DNA of 32,000 nucleotides from Horticoccus luteus (lineage in GTDB: Bacteria; Verrucomicrobiota; Verrucomicrobiia; Opitutales; Opitutaceae): the NCBI RefSeq assembly GCF_019464535.1, contig NZ_CP080507.1, forward strand, positions 1,500,001 to 1,532,000, read 5' to 3'. A model generated the notes under the pieces. That model did no database searches, was not told the DNA's origin, and saw only the letters and a program-made list of their open reading frames with translations. The translations under genes and the position numbers were made by a program. This document shows positions 1 through 11,800 of this stretch, in pieces (within the stretch, counting starts at the first letter, position 1; each line of letters begins with the position of its first letter).

Positions 1-317
1 GCGGCGTCGACGGCGGTGAGGACGCGGTAGGTATCCTCGGAAAAATCCTTGTGACCGGGCGTGTCGAGGAGGTTGACGGCGCAGCCGGCGAAATCGAACT
101 GGAGGACGGTCGAGGAGATGGAAATGCCGCGCTGTTTTTCGAGTTCCATCCAGTCGGAGGCGGTGGCGCGCTGATTTTTGCGGGCGGTGACGGAGCCGGC
201 GAGATGCAGGGCGTTGCCGTAGAGGAGGAATTTCTCGGTGAGCGTGGTTTTGCCCGCGTCGGGGTGAGAGATGATCGCGAAGGTGCGACGGCGGGCGATT
301 TCCTGAGCGGGTGACAT
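1..317 (-). CDS. prfC: Peptide chain release factor 3 (RF3), N-terminal GTPase part; gene continues beyond the left window edge
   Basis: Absent from the ORF track because it runs off the window. Reverse translation from ATG (317-315) gives [105 protein letters not shown]. It has the G1 (HPDAGKTT) and G3 (DTPGH) GTPase motifs and is collinear with the E. coli RF3 N-terminus as I remember it. Confidence 0.93.
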   Translation of the reverse strand, partial: MSPAQEIARRRTFAIISHPDAGKTTLTEKFLLYGNALHLAGSVTARKNQRATASDWMELEKQRGISISSTVLQFDFAGCAVNLLDTPGHKDFSEDTYRVLTAVDA

Positions 318-454
318 GGCGAAACCCGCAAGGAAACGGGCTCCAGGCGGGGAATGAAAGCCAATTTCCGGAGAGCAGAGCGGTCGACACACCGCAGCGG
401 CGGGCGGGCATGATCCGGAAGCGAGCGCCGTTATACGGCGGACGCGAGGCGGGG

Positions 455-479
455 GCCGGCGTGCTCGCGCCGGCGTTTT
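455..479. terminator. GC-rich hairpin, possible terminator/insulator between the 516-1178 gene and the prfC promoter region
   Basis: Stem GCCGGCG (455-461) pairs with CGCCGGC (468-474), with a 6-nt loop. It is followed by GTTTT on the + strand, where there is no upstream + gene. On the - strand it lies about 42 nt after the stop at 516 but is followed by a C-run, not a U-run. Orientation and function are unresolved. Confidence 0.2.
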
Positions 480-515
480 GAGGGGTGAGGCGGCCGCGGC
501 GGGTCGCCGCTGGGC

Positions 516-1178
516 TTAGTGCTGGCTGGCTTCGAGGTCGCGGCGGAGCGCCTTGAGGGCGTCGATCTCTTTCTGCAATTCGTCTTTCTCGGCCTTGGTT
601 TTGGCGAGGGATTTTTGCTCGAGCAGGTCGTGTTCGTCCTGCAACAACTCGACGCGTTGGGCGGCGATGCGTTCGCGTTCGGTCGCGCCTTGGCCGCCGA
701 AAATGGAGAGGGCTTTGGCGACTTTGGAATTGTTGAGCGCTTTGTCGGCCTCGCTGGATTTGGTGAGTTCCTTCTCCTTCGCGGCCTGTTCTTCGTTGGC
801 TTTCAACTTGGCGTCTTCATCGGTGACGCGGTTGCGGCGCACCTCGAGTTTGGGCAGCATGGTCGCCGGATCTTCGCGCGCTTCGGTGACGTTGTCCTTG
901 GGCTTGTTCACGGGCGCGGGTGCCGGATCTGTTTTGCCGGCGGCGGCGGCAGTGGCCGCGACGGTGGTCTTCGGGGCGTCGGCGGGCGGTGGGGCGAATT
1001 TGATGTCCTCGGCGAGACTTTCGCGAATGGCCTCTTTCACGTGATCGCTGGTGCCAGAGTCGGCAGGCGCGGGCGGGGGCGGCGGAGGTGCCGAAGGTTC
1101 GGCCGCCAGCGCGGCGACAGCGAGGAACAGGCCGAGCGACGCGAGGCGAAAGGGAGAGGAGGCAAACATGGGGCGCAC
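516..1178 (-). CDS. Secreted Pro-rich / coiled-coil protein, unknown family (last gene of the PEP-CTERM operon)
   Basis: 220-aa ORF with GTG at 1178 and an in-frame ATG at 1169 (MFASSPF...). Signal-like N-terminus (RLASLGLFLAVAALAAEP), then PPPPPPAP, an Ala/Pro/Lys-rich middle and a K/E-rich heptad-like C-terminus (EKDELQKEIDALKALRRDLE). Codons are C-ending like other - strand genes. It starts 40-49 nt after the stop of the upstream gene. Confidence 0.6.
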   Translation of the reverse strand: MRPMFASSPFRLASLGLFLAVAALAAEPSAPPPPPPAPADSGTSDHVKEAIRESLAEDIKFAPPPADAPKTTVAATAAAAGKTDPAPAPVNKPKDNVTEAREDPATMLPKLEVRRNRVTDEDAKLKANEEQAAKEKELTKSSEADKALNNSKVAKALSIFGGQGATERERIAAQRVELLQDEHDLLEQKSLAKTKAEKDELQKEIDALKALRRDLEASQH

Positions 1179-1217
1179 GGTAGGAGCAACCGCGCGCGAG
1201 TCCAGACGAGACGGGAT

Positions 1218-2360
1218 TCAGGCCGGGGGCGTGCCGCGGGGGCGCGGGCGGCGGCGCCAGACGACCGCGACGAAGCCGAGGCCGACGGCCACGAGGGCGT
1301 AGGTGCCGGGCTCGGGGACGGGCGAGAACACGACGGGGCCGGAGTAGCCGTCGGCGTAGTGAATCTCGGCGTTGGTCTGCGTGTAACTGCCGGCGACGAG
1401 CTGGCCGTTGAGGTAGTGGTTGTTGTTTTCGATGTCGACCAGCGGGGCGAGAATGCTGCCGTAAAAATTGGTGCTCAAGGTGAGCTTGTCGGGGGTGGCC
1501 GCGTTGTTGTCGGGCAGGATATTCCAGAGCAGCTGCTGGTTGTTGGAACCGCCGCTGAGGTTATTGACGCCGTCGAAGAGAATTTTGCCGCCGGCGGAAG
1601 TCGCGTTGAGGACGTTGATAACGAAGTATTGGTCGGCGGCGAGGTTGGCCTTGATGTCGCTCAGTCGCTCGGTGTTTTGGTCGAAGAAGCCGTCGCCATT
1701 GGCATCGTAGTAGCCGTTGACGATGCGACTGGCATCGAGGTTGAAGACGGTGACGCCGGACGCGTTGCTGGTGAAGGTGAGTGTCTGACCGGAGACGCCG
1801 ATGGTGCCGGTGGCGTTGGCGGCGGCGAGGGCGTTGGAAACGGCGATGAGGCTCGAGCCGACGGAGGACCAGTTCCAGCCGTTGGGCCCGGTGACGGTGC
1901 GAGGATCGGTGTAGGCGCGCGCGTCGCTGGTGTTGTAGGCCATCATGCCGGAACCGGTGACGAGCTGGCGTTGGTAATTATTGCCGGCGGGGTTGTAGGT
2001 CCACGTCACGGAGCCCGACATGGCGGGCGTTGAGACGTAGCCGTTGTTGATCTGGCTGTTGCCGTTGAAGGTGACGGCGCCGTTGGCGTAGAGCGCGGGG
2101 TCGGCGCCCGCGGAGGGGTTGGAAAACAGGCCGATGATGGTGCCGCTTCCGACGGTCAAATTGCCGCCCACGGCGATGCCGCCATCGGTATGGGTGTTGT
2201 TGAGCGTGAGATCGCCGAGCGTGATGACGTTATAGGACCGCGTGAGCTGATCGTAAGTCGCGAGTGCTTGATCGGGAGTAAGTTGGGCACGGAGGGGAAT
2301 CCCGCTACCCAAAGAGAGCAACAGGGCAGCGCCAGAGAGAAGGAGGCGTGACCGATTCAC
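1218..2360 (-). CDS. PEP-CTERM-anchored surface protein with choice-of-anchor-A-like N-terminal domain
   Basis: GTG start at 2360 and signal peptide MNRSRLLLSGAALLLSLGSGIPLRAQ. The segment YNVITLGDLTLNNTHTDGGIAVGGNLTV resembles the choice-of-anchor A signature as I remember it. The mature part is Gly/Asn/Thr-rich with 8 N-x-S/T sequons. The C-terminal sorting signal is listed as the next feature. Confidence 0.85.
   Translation of the reverse strand: MNRSRLLLSGAALLLSLGSGIPLRAQLTPDQALATYDQLTRSYNVITLGDLTLNNTHTDGGIAVGGNLTVGSGTIIGLFSNPSAGADPALYANGAVTFNGNSQINNGYVSTPAMSGSVTWTYNPAGNNYQRQLVTGSGMMAYNTSDARAYTDPRTVTGPNGWNWSSVGSSLIAVSNALAAANATGTIGVSGQTLTFTSNASGVTVFNLDASRIVNGYYDANGDGFFDQNTERLSDIKANLAADQYFVINVLNATSAGGKILFDGVNNLSGGSNNQQLLWNILPDNNAATPDKLTLSTNFYGSILAPLVDIENNNHYLNGQLVAGSYTQTNAEIHYADGYSGPVVFSPVPEPGTYALVAVGLGFVAVVWRRRPRPRGTPPA
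1221..1322 (-). other. PEP-CTERM sorting signal (exosortase recognition motif + TM helix + basic tail)
   Basis: C-terminal PVPEPGT (PEP = CCC GAG CCC at 1316-1308), then hydrophobic YALVAVGLGFVAVVW, then RRRPRPRGTPPA. This is the classic tripartite PEP-CTERM architecture. Confidence 0.85.
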
Positions 2361-2379
2361 GCAGCGATTCGTAGGGTAT

Positions 2380-4170
2380 TCACTCTAGTCGGGGCAAGTG
2401 ACTTTTCGCGCTTTCCAGTGATTTGTCGGGTGCGAGGTTGGGCGTGCGTGGGAGCGCGGCCAATTTTCTCCGCGCTTCGTCGGCAAGAGCTTGGCGAATC
2501 GTGCTTAGGTCTTTGAAAACGAGAGTCTTGTTTAACAAAGAAGCGTCGATTGTCTGACCAGAATTTGCGGAGATCAACAGGGTCCAAAAGTCGAAAGGCG
2601 GTGCGGAGCGCGTCGTGAGGGAGAGCTTTTGAAGCAGAGCGGCGGCTCCGTTGAAGTCGCCTTGGCGCCAGCGAAAGGCGATCAGGGCGAGCGTCGTGGG
2701 CGGACTGTCCGGCGATTGCGCGGCGAGAGCGGCAAGACGCGCTTCGACCGCGGGAGAAACGCGGTTGAGCAGGCACGCCGTTTCAATCCAGTGGGCGGCG
2801 AGGTCGGCATCGTCGGGTGCTTCGGCCTGCCATTTGCCGTAAAGCCAGAGGAGGTCGAGGTCGTTGCCGCCTCGCACGAAAATATCGCGCAGAGAGGCGT
2901 AGGCCCAGAAGCGTTTCGGCGTGAGCGTGACGAGGCGGCGCAGCACCACCGCTGCGGCGGCGTCGTCCTGCCAGATTTGCGCGAGGCGGGCCAAGGTGAC
3001 GAGTGTCGCGGGGGATTCGCGAGCGGTGTCGAGGGCGTCGGTCCACGTGGCGCGGGCGCGCTCATCGGCGCGGCGTTCGTGTTGGAGACGGGAGGCGATG
3101 GCGAGAGGCAGGGCGTTGCCGGGATCGGGTCCCCATGCGCCGGCGAGCAACAAGGTCTGGAGACGGCCGTAATCGCCCGTTTGAGCGGCTAGTTCAGCGG
3201 TGACGTCGCGAACGCGGGGCGACGCTGAGAGTGGCGCCGGAAGGGTGTCGAGCCAGGTGAGCGCGCCGGAGGCTTGGCGGACTGATGCGAGCCAACGGGC
3301 CGTCAAGCTGACGTCGTCGGCTGACCCTTGGCGGGCGGCGTGCTCCAAGCTCGCGAGCAACTGCGACCACAGGTCGGACGCGGCGACGGGTTGAGGCGCA
3401 GCCGGCAAGCGGTCGATGAGGAGGCGGACAACGGTGCCGGCGCGTTCGGGGTCGTTGGAGCGAGCGGCATCGCGGAGGAGTTCGATCGCAGCGCGGACGC
3501 GCATGGCGGGATCGTCGAGCAACCCGGCGAGGGAGGCGAGGGCTTGGGGCCGTTGACTGGGGGCGCCGTGCCACAGATCAAGCAGAGCGAGATTGAGCCG
3601 CGCGGCGGAGTCGGCTGGCGCGAGCGCGAGGACGGCGCGAAGTTTTTCGGCAAACGCGTCTTCATCGCCCATGGCGCGGGCGAGCTCGGCGGAAAGGCGT
3701 TGAATTTCCACGGCGCGGGCCGGAGCGGGCGTGACGTCCTTGAGGGCGTCGAGGCCCGCATCCGGCTGGTCAAAACGAAGGGCGGCGGCAGCGAGTTGCA
3801 GGCGGGCGTCGAAGTCGGCCGGCGAAAGGCGCACGATGTTTTCGCGGGCGAGGACGGCGTCGCTCAGACCGAGGCGCTCGAGTTCGGTGGCGACACGGCG
3901 CCAAGTAGCGAGATCGCCGGGCGCGATTTCGGTGGCGCGGCGCAGCGCGAGGAGGAGGTTGCGATTATCGTGCTGGCGTGAAAACGCGTCGACTTGCGCC
4001 ATGGCCTGCTGGTGACGCCAGCGCACCCAGAATGGCTTGCCGATCATCCAGCCGAGAGAAATCACGAGGGCGCACGCGCTGAGAGCGACGAGAAAAATCA
4101 ACGCGCGGCGCTGATTTTCATACATGCCATCATAGCGGGAGCGCAGGAGATGCCAGAAACGCGAGAACAC
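2380..4170 (-). CDS. Membrane-anchored TPR-like helical-repeat protein (first gene of the PEP-CTERM operon)
   Basis: 596-aa ORF with GTG at 4170 and an alternative ATG at 4125 (MYENQRR). One N-terminal TM helix (ALIFLVALSACALVISLGWMI) is followed by about 540 aa of Ala/Leu/Arg/Asp-rich repeated helix-pair sequence (e.g. LATWRRVATELERLGLSDAVLARENIVRLSPADFDARLQLAAAALR). The stop lies 19 nt before the PEP-CTERM gene start. The TPR assignment rests on composition and periodicity only. Confidence 0.65.
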   Translation of the reverse strand: MFSRFWHLLRSRYDGMYENQRRALIFLVALSACALVISLGWMIGKPFWVRWRHQQAMAQVDAFSRQHDNRNLLLALRRATEIAPGDLATWRRVATELERLGLSDAVLARENIVRLSPADFDARLQLAAAALRFDQPDAGLDALKDVTPAPARAVEIQRLSAELARAMGDEDAFAEKLRAVLALAPADSAARLNLALLDLWHGAPSQRPQALASLAGLLDDPAMRVRAAIELLRDAARSNDPERAGTVVRLLIDRLPAAPQPVAASDLWSQLLASLEHAARQGSADDVSLTARWLASVRQASGALTWLDTLPAPLSASPRVRDVTAELAAQTGDYGRLQTLLLAGAWGPDPGNALPLAIASRLQHERRADERARATWTDALDTARESPATLVTLARLAQIWQDDAAAAVVLRRLVTLTPKRFWAYASLRDIFVRGGNDLDLLWLYGKWQAEAPDDADLAAHWIETACLLNRVSPAVEARLAALAAQSPDSPPTTLALIAFRWRQGDFNGAAALLQKLSLTTRSAPPFDFWTLLISANSGQTIDASLLNKTLVFKDLSTIRQALADEARRKLAALPRTPNLAPDKSLESAKSHLPRLE

Positions 4171-4249
4171 GAGGAGAAGCGGGAGACTTGCGGTGAAGTG
4201 AGATTACGGAAAATAGAAGGACAGGATGCATTCACATTTCGACCGATAG

Positions 4250-5824
4250 ATGCGTCAAGGGGAGGACAAAACGCGGACGGCGGGCGTGGCGGGGGCGGCG
4301 CAGAGCGGCGCCTCGACCAAATGGGCGGGCGCGGCGCCGTGGGTCGTGGTCGCGGCGTTCTGGCTGCTGTTATTCGTGCGGTTGACGACGACGTGGCGTG
4401 CCAGCGTGGAGCAGGCGCACGGGTGGGCGGTGCCGGGGTTGCTCGTGTACTTTATCTGGGAGCGGCTGCGCAGGGGCGCGCGGCCGGGGTTGGTATCGCC
4501 GGGCGGGCGTATTGCGGCGGGGGCGGGGGTGGCGGTCGGCATGGCGGTAATGTGTGCGGTGCTGCCATGGTTTGAAGCGAACCGGATGTGGCCGGCGGCG
4601 CAGTGGGTGTTTACGGCGGGCGTGGCGGTCGCGAGCACGGGTGTGCTGGCGTGGGTGGGCGGCTGGCGTTGGAGCGCGAATTTTTTCTTTCCGTGGTTTT
4701 TTGCGACGACGGCGTTGCTGTGGCCGACCATGGTGCAAACGCCGTTGATGAACGCGCTCGCGCAGGGCAATGCGCAGGCGACGGCGGAACTGGTTTCGCT
4801 GACCGGTCACCCGGCGGTCGCGCGGGGCAACATCATCGAGGTCGGTGCGGGCTTCGTGGGCGTGGAAGAAGCGTGCAGCGGGCTGCGGTCGTTGCAGGCG
4901 GTTTGGATGCTGGCGTGGTTGCTCGGCGAACTGGCGTTTTTGCGTTGGTCGCGCCGGGTGGGGCTCGTCGCACTGGCGGTCGCGATCGCTGTGCTGACGA
5001 ACCTCGCTCGCACGGTGTTTCTCACCTGGCGCGTGGCGGGGGAAGGGTTGGGGGCGATCGAGCGCTGGCACGATCTGGCGGGAGGAATTGAAATGGTGGT
5101 GACGCTCGCGGCCGTGGCGGCGGTGGCGTATGGGTTCGCGCGCGGGGAAAAAACGCCGGCGCCTATTCTGGCCCCGCCGAGGCCGGTGTGGCGCGGTCGG
5201 TCCGCGGTGGTGTTGCTCGGAATTTGCGGGCTGGCTGAGGGTGGCACGCGGGCGTGGTTTGCGTGGCATCACGAGGAGGGCGGGCGGCAATGGGCCTTGG
5301 CGAGCGCGGTGCCGGGATGGCCGTCGGCTCCGATTCCGGAGCGGACGCAGGAGATTCTCCATGCTTCGAGTGCGGATGGGCGGACGTGGGAGCGCAGCGG
5401 GGATGATCGGCGCGGTCTGGCGTATGTTTTCCGCTGGGAGAACGACACGGCGGTGGCGATGGAGGCGCGACGGCACGATCCGACGGTGTGCATGCCGGGC
5501 CTCGGGGCGGAGCTCGAAGCGGAACTGGCGCCCGTGGTCGTGGAGACTGGCGGGGAGACCGTGCCGTTTCGAGCGTATCGCTTCAGGGCGGAAGGAACGA
5601 CGCAGCACGTTTTCTTCTGCGTGTGGGATGTGTTTGAGAGCCGCGTCGCGCCGATCGAAGTGGAGAACGAAGTCGCGTTTAGCTATCGTTGGGCCCGCGT
5701 GCGGGAAGGACGTTCGCGCGCCGACCTCGCGCAAATTATTTTTGTGCTGCAGGGCGAACCGAGCGACGCTGCGGCGTGCGCGTGGCTGCGGCGGCAGGTC
5801 GGGGTGCTTCTCCGGCGAAAATAA
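4250..5824 (+). CDS. Exosortase fused to a C-terminal EpsI-like domain
   Basis: Polytopic N-terminal half carrying the exosortase catalytic landmarks: EEACSGLRS (Cys codon 4874-4876), LTNLARTVFL (Arg 5009-5011) and WHDLAGG (His 5069-5071). After one more TM segment, the soluble C-terminal part (about 5237-5821) contains RRHDPTVCMPGLGAE, matching the EpsI-family H-x-P-x-x-C-x-P-G-x-G motif as I remember it. The gene is divergent from the PEP-CTERM operon. Confidence 0.88.
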   Translation: MRQGEDKTRTAGVAGAAQSGASTKWAGAAPWVVVAAFWLLLFVRLTTTWRASVEQAHGWAVPGLLVYFIWERLRRGARPGLVSPGGRIAAGAGVAVGMAVMCAVLPWFEANRMWPAAQWVFTAGVAVASTGVLAWVGGWRWSANFFFPWFFATTALLWPTMVQTPLMNALAQGNAQATAELVSLTGHPAVARGNIIEVGAGFVGVEEACSGLRSLQAVWMLAWLLGELAFLRWSRRVGLVALAVAIAVLTNLARTVFLTWRVAGEGLGAIERWHDLAGGIEMVVTLAAVAAVAYGFARGEKTPAPILAPPRPVWRGRSAVVLLGICGLAEGGTRAWFAWHHEEGGRQWALASAVPGWPSAPIPERTQEILHASSADGRTWERSGDDRRGLAYVFRWENDTAVAMEARRHDPTVCMPGLGAELEAELAPVVVETGGETVPFRAYRFRAEGTTQHVFFCVWDVFESRVAPIEVENEVAFSYRWARVREGRSRADLAQIIFVLQGEPSDAAACAWLRRQVGVLLRRK

Positions 5825-5851
5825 AAAACGCGGCCCCGGGGAGAGGCCGCG
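5823..5851 (-). terminator. Rho-independent terminator of eno (hairpin shared with the convergent exosortase gene end)
   Basis: Stem CGCGGCC (5829-5835) pairs with GGCCGCG (5845-5851), 9-nt loop. It is preceded on + by AAAAAA (5823-5828), which is a U6 tract after the hairpin on the - strand. It lies 24 nt downstream of the eno stop (5876-5878). The A-tract overlaps the exosortase stop codon TAA (5822-5824). Confidence 0.6.
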
Positions 5852-5875
5852 TGGAGAAACCGAGCGGAGTTGATT

Positions 5876-8306
<2,431 letters not shown>

Positions 8307-8410
8307 GTTCCGGATTGCACGCGGAGAGAAGGCCGCGGAAGCACGGCTGGCAAATCCAAAGCCCGGGCGCTGCGGAATTCGTTTTACTTCGAAGGCATCT
8401 ACTTTTCACC

Positions 8411-8845
8411 ATGCGCCGAATGAGCAACGACGCAGGAGCCCCCGGAAACGCCGAGAAGCCCGCGGTCCTCGTCGTCGATGACGAGCGGCCGTTATTAGAT
8501 GTGTTTAGCGCGGCATTGTCGGGGGCGTTTGACGTGACGGCGGTGATGTCGGCGCGCGAGGCGGAGTTCGCGCTGCACAAGCGGGCGTTCAAGGTGCTGA
8601 TCGCCGACCATTTGATGCCGGGAGGAAACGGCATGAATCTGCTGGTGCGGGCGCGGGAGGAGTTTCCGCACATGCAGCGCATTTTGGTGACGGGTTACAT
8701 GAAGCCGGAAATGCTCATGCGCAGCGTGAACGAGGCGGCGCTGTTTCGGTATCTGCTGAAACCGGTCGCGCTCGCGGAACTGGTCAAGGTGGTGCACGAC
8801 GCCGCGAAGGCGCACGACGCGAGCGTCGCCGTGGCGGCGCAGTGA
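8411..8845 (+). CDS. Single-domain response regulator (CheY-like receiver), orphan
   Basis: The track ORF starts at 8315, but ATG 8411 (MRRMSNDAG...) is the first ATG and avoids crowding the divergent ankyrin start. Receiver landmarks: LVVDDERP (acidic pair), LIADHLMPGGNG (phospho-Asp), ILVTGY (Thr), LLKP (Lys). No output domain and no kinase gene in the window. Confidence 0.85.
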   Translation: MRRMSNDAGAPGNAEKPAVLVVDDERPLLDVFSAALSGAFDVTAVMSAREAEFALHKRAFKVLIADHLMPGGNGMNLLVRAREEFPHMQRILVTGYMKPEMLMRSVNEAALFRYLLKPVALAELVKVVHDAAKAHDASVAVAAQ

Positions 8846-8879
8846 GCGGACGCCGGGGCGCGCGGCGCGGTCGCGGCGG

Positions 8880-11800
8880 TTATTTTCTGAGTTTGGCGCG
8901 CAGGTAGGGCGCGGTCGGGCTGGACTTCACTTTGAGCAAGCCCGCGAGTTCGCCTTGGTAAATCAGCTCGCCGCCGGCGGGACCACCGCCGGGCCCGAGT
9001 TCGACGACGTAATCGGCCTCGGCGAGGAGATCGAGATGATGCTCGATCACGACGACGGTGTGGCCTTGATCGACGAGGGAATGGAGGACGCGGATGAGTT
9101 TTTCGCAGTCGCTCAGGTGAAGGCCGATGGTCGGTTCCTCGAGGAGGTAGAGGTTGCGCACGGCGGTGCCGCGGGAGCGTTCCTTGTAGCTGGGAAGTCC
9201 GCGCGCGAGCTCGGTGACGAGCTTGAGGCGCTGCGCCTCGCCGCCGGAGAGCGAGGGCGAACTCTGGCCGAGCGTGAGGTAGCCGAGGCCGCAGTCGACC
9301 ATGAGCTGGCAGACTTGGGAGAGCTGGGAATGGAAATCGAAAAACGTGGCGGCTTCGTCGAACGTGAGTTGCAGGACCTGCCCGATGTTTTTCCCTTTCC
9401 AGGCAATCTCGGCGAGGTCGGGGCTGTAGCGGGAACCGTGGCAGTTTTCGCACGGCAGATAAGTGTCGGGCATGAACGCCATCTCGAGCTTGATCCGACC
9501 GGCGCCCTGGCAGGTGTCGCAGCGACCGCCGGCGGTGTTGAAGGAGAAACGCGAGGCGGTGTAGCCGCGCATTTTCGATTCGGGCAACGACGCGAAAAAC
9601 TGGCGGATGATGTCGAAGATGCCGAGGTAAGTCGCGGGCGTGGACCGCGGGGTTTTGCCGATGGGCGACTGGTCGACCTCGATGACGCCTTTGAACCCGT
9701 TTGCGCCGCTGAGTTGGGCGAACGGGAGGCGTTTTTCCTCGGCGTTGAAATGGGTGGCGCGGACGAAACCGCGACCGGAAAGGCGGGGCGTATTCTCCGC
9801 GATGGCGTGTGCGACGGCGGGGTGCAGGAGATCGCGGAAGAGCGTGGACTTGCCGGCGCCACTCGGGCCCGCGGCCATGATGAGGCGACCGTGCGGGAGG
9901 CGCAGGGTGAAACCGCGGAGGTTGCGCAACGCGGCGCCCTTGAGCGTGAGCCATTCCTTCGGTGAGGCGGGCAGCGGCCGATAACTGCCGCGGAGCGGAT
10001 GGGTGATGCCGCGCTGGAGAAAAAGGCCGGTGAGGGATTTTTCGCTGCGCTGGATCTCGGCAGGCGTGCCGTTGGCGAGCAGTTCGCCGCCGTGGATGCC
10101 GGCGGCGGGACCGAGATCGATGATGCGGTCGGCGCGCGCCATGAGCTCGTCATCGTGCTCGACGACGAGGAGCGTGTTACCTTTTTCGCGGAGCGAGATG
10201 AGGGTGTCGATGAGGCGGTCGTTGTCGCGTGCGTGGAGTCCGATGGACGGTTCGTCGAGCACGTAGAGGACGCCCGAGAGATTGGAGCCGAGCTGGGCGG
10301 CGAGGCGGATGCGTTGGGCTTCGCCGCCGGAAAGGGTTTCGGTGGGGCGATCGAGGGAGAGGTAACCGAGGCCGACGTGATCGAGAAACTTCAGGCGTTC
10401 TTCGATCTGCGGCACGATGTCCTGCACGATGAGCCGGCCGCGCGAGTCGAGGTCGAGCTGATGCAGATGCGCGAGAAGTTCGGACGAGGTGCTCGCGAGG
10501 AGTTGCGGCAGAGAAAGTGCGGCGGCGGATTTTGGCGCGGTGGTGCGGGATCTGGCGGGGGCGCGGAAGTGAAGTTTGACGGCGCGCGAGACGCGGTTGA
10601 GGCGGGCGCCGCGGCAATCCGGGCAGGGCGTGCCGGCGTCGGAAACGTCGTCGGACGAATCGATGCCGAACTCGCGAAGGCGGGCGGCGGGATCGTTTTC
10701 GTCGTCCTCATCGGGCTCGAGCATCCAAGGGAAAACGCGACCGTGACCGCGGCACGTCGGACACCAGCCGCGCGGGGAGTTGAACGAGAAATCCTTGGGG
10801 TCGAGTTCGGAAAACGATTCGCCGGTTTCGATGTCGGTGCGCGTGGTGGAGAACCAGGAGAGGACGGCGCCGTCGGGGGTGAGGAGGAAGCACGCGCCTT
10901 TGCCGAGGCGGAGGGCGGTGTCGAGGGCGCTGGAGATCGAGCGCGCGGGCGTGGCGCGTGGGGCGGAGGTGCGCGACGGCGGGGCGGCGGCGGCGGATTC
11001 TTTCAGGTCGGCAACGACGACCTCGATATCGTGCTCTTTGTAGCGATCGAGTTTTTGAAAGGCGTCAACGGGGACGAGCTGGCCGTCGGCGCGCATGAGT
11101 GGGTAGCCCTGTTTGCCGATCCATGTGGCGATGGGCTGATGGTGGCCCTTGCGGCCGCGGATGAGCGGGGCGCAGAGGTAAAGGTGCTTCGCGCGGCGGG
11201 CTTTCGGCGTGGCGAGGACGCGCGCGAGAAGGTTCTTGAGCTGGCCGAGCGAGAGCGGCTGCACGGCTTTGTCGGTGTCGGGATGATGCTGAATGCCGAG
11301 GCGCGCGTAGAGAAGCCGCAGGTATTGCGCGACCTCGGTGATGGTGGCGACCGTGGACTTGCGGGAGCCGCGAGTGACGCGTTGCTCGATGGCGACGGTC
11401 GGTGGAATGCCGGTGAGGCGATCGATCGCGGGGCGCGGGAGTTGTTCGACGAACTGGCGCGCGTAGGGCGACATGGATTCCATGAACCGCCGCTGGCCCT
11501 CGGCAAAGACGATGTCGAATGCGAGGGTGGATTTGCCCGAACCGGACACGCCGGTGACGACGTTGAGTTGATGGTGCGGGATGGTGAGCGAGAGGTTTTT
11601 GAGGTTGTTCTCGCGGGCGCCGGTGATGACGAGCTCGGCGGGTCGATGGGCCGGTGTTGGTCGATAGGGCGCGGCCTCTTCGGCGGCGGCGAGCGCGGTG
11701 GAATTGTCACCTGAGAGGCTGCCATCGCGGAGGGCGGCGCGGAGGAAGGGCGATGTGGCGGTGTCGGCGGCGGCGACCTGCTCGGGGGTGCCTTCGGCGA

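Noticed and set aside
519-2033. 504-aa + strand ORF (plus the nested 553-1044 and 1051-1302 ORFs)
   Set aside because: It is a Gly/Ala/Val/Asp/Glu/Arg-rich GNN-type shadow lying antisense to two well-supported - strand genes (signal-peptide protein and PEP-CTERM protein). No motifs were seen.
4370-5734. 454-aa - strand ORF opposite the exosortase gene
   Set aside because: Its Arg/Pro/His/Gln-rich low-complexity translation is what the complement of G-ending codons is expected to give. The + frame carries the exosortase and EpsI motifs.
8315-8410. N-terminal 32-codon extension of the first receiver-domain ORF
   Set aside because: The extension has no receiver homology and begins 9 nt from the divergent ankyrin start. 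ATG 8411 precedes the conserved VLVVDDE strand at a normal distance.
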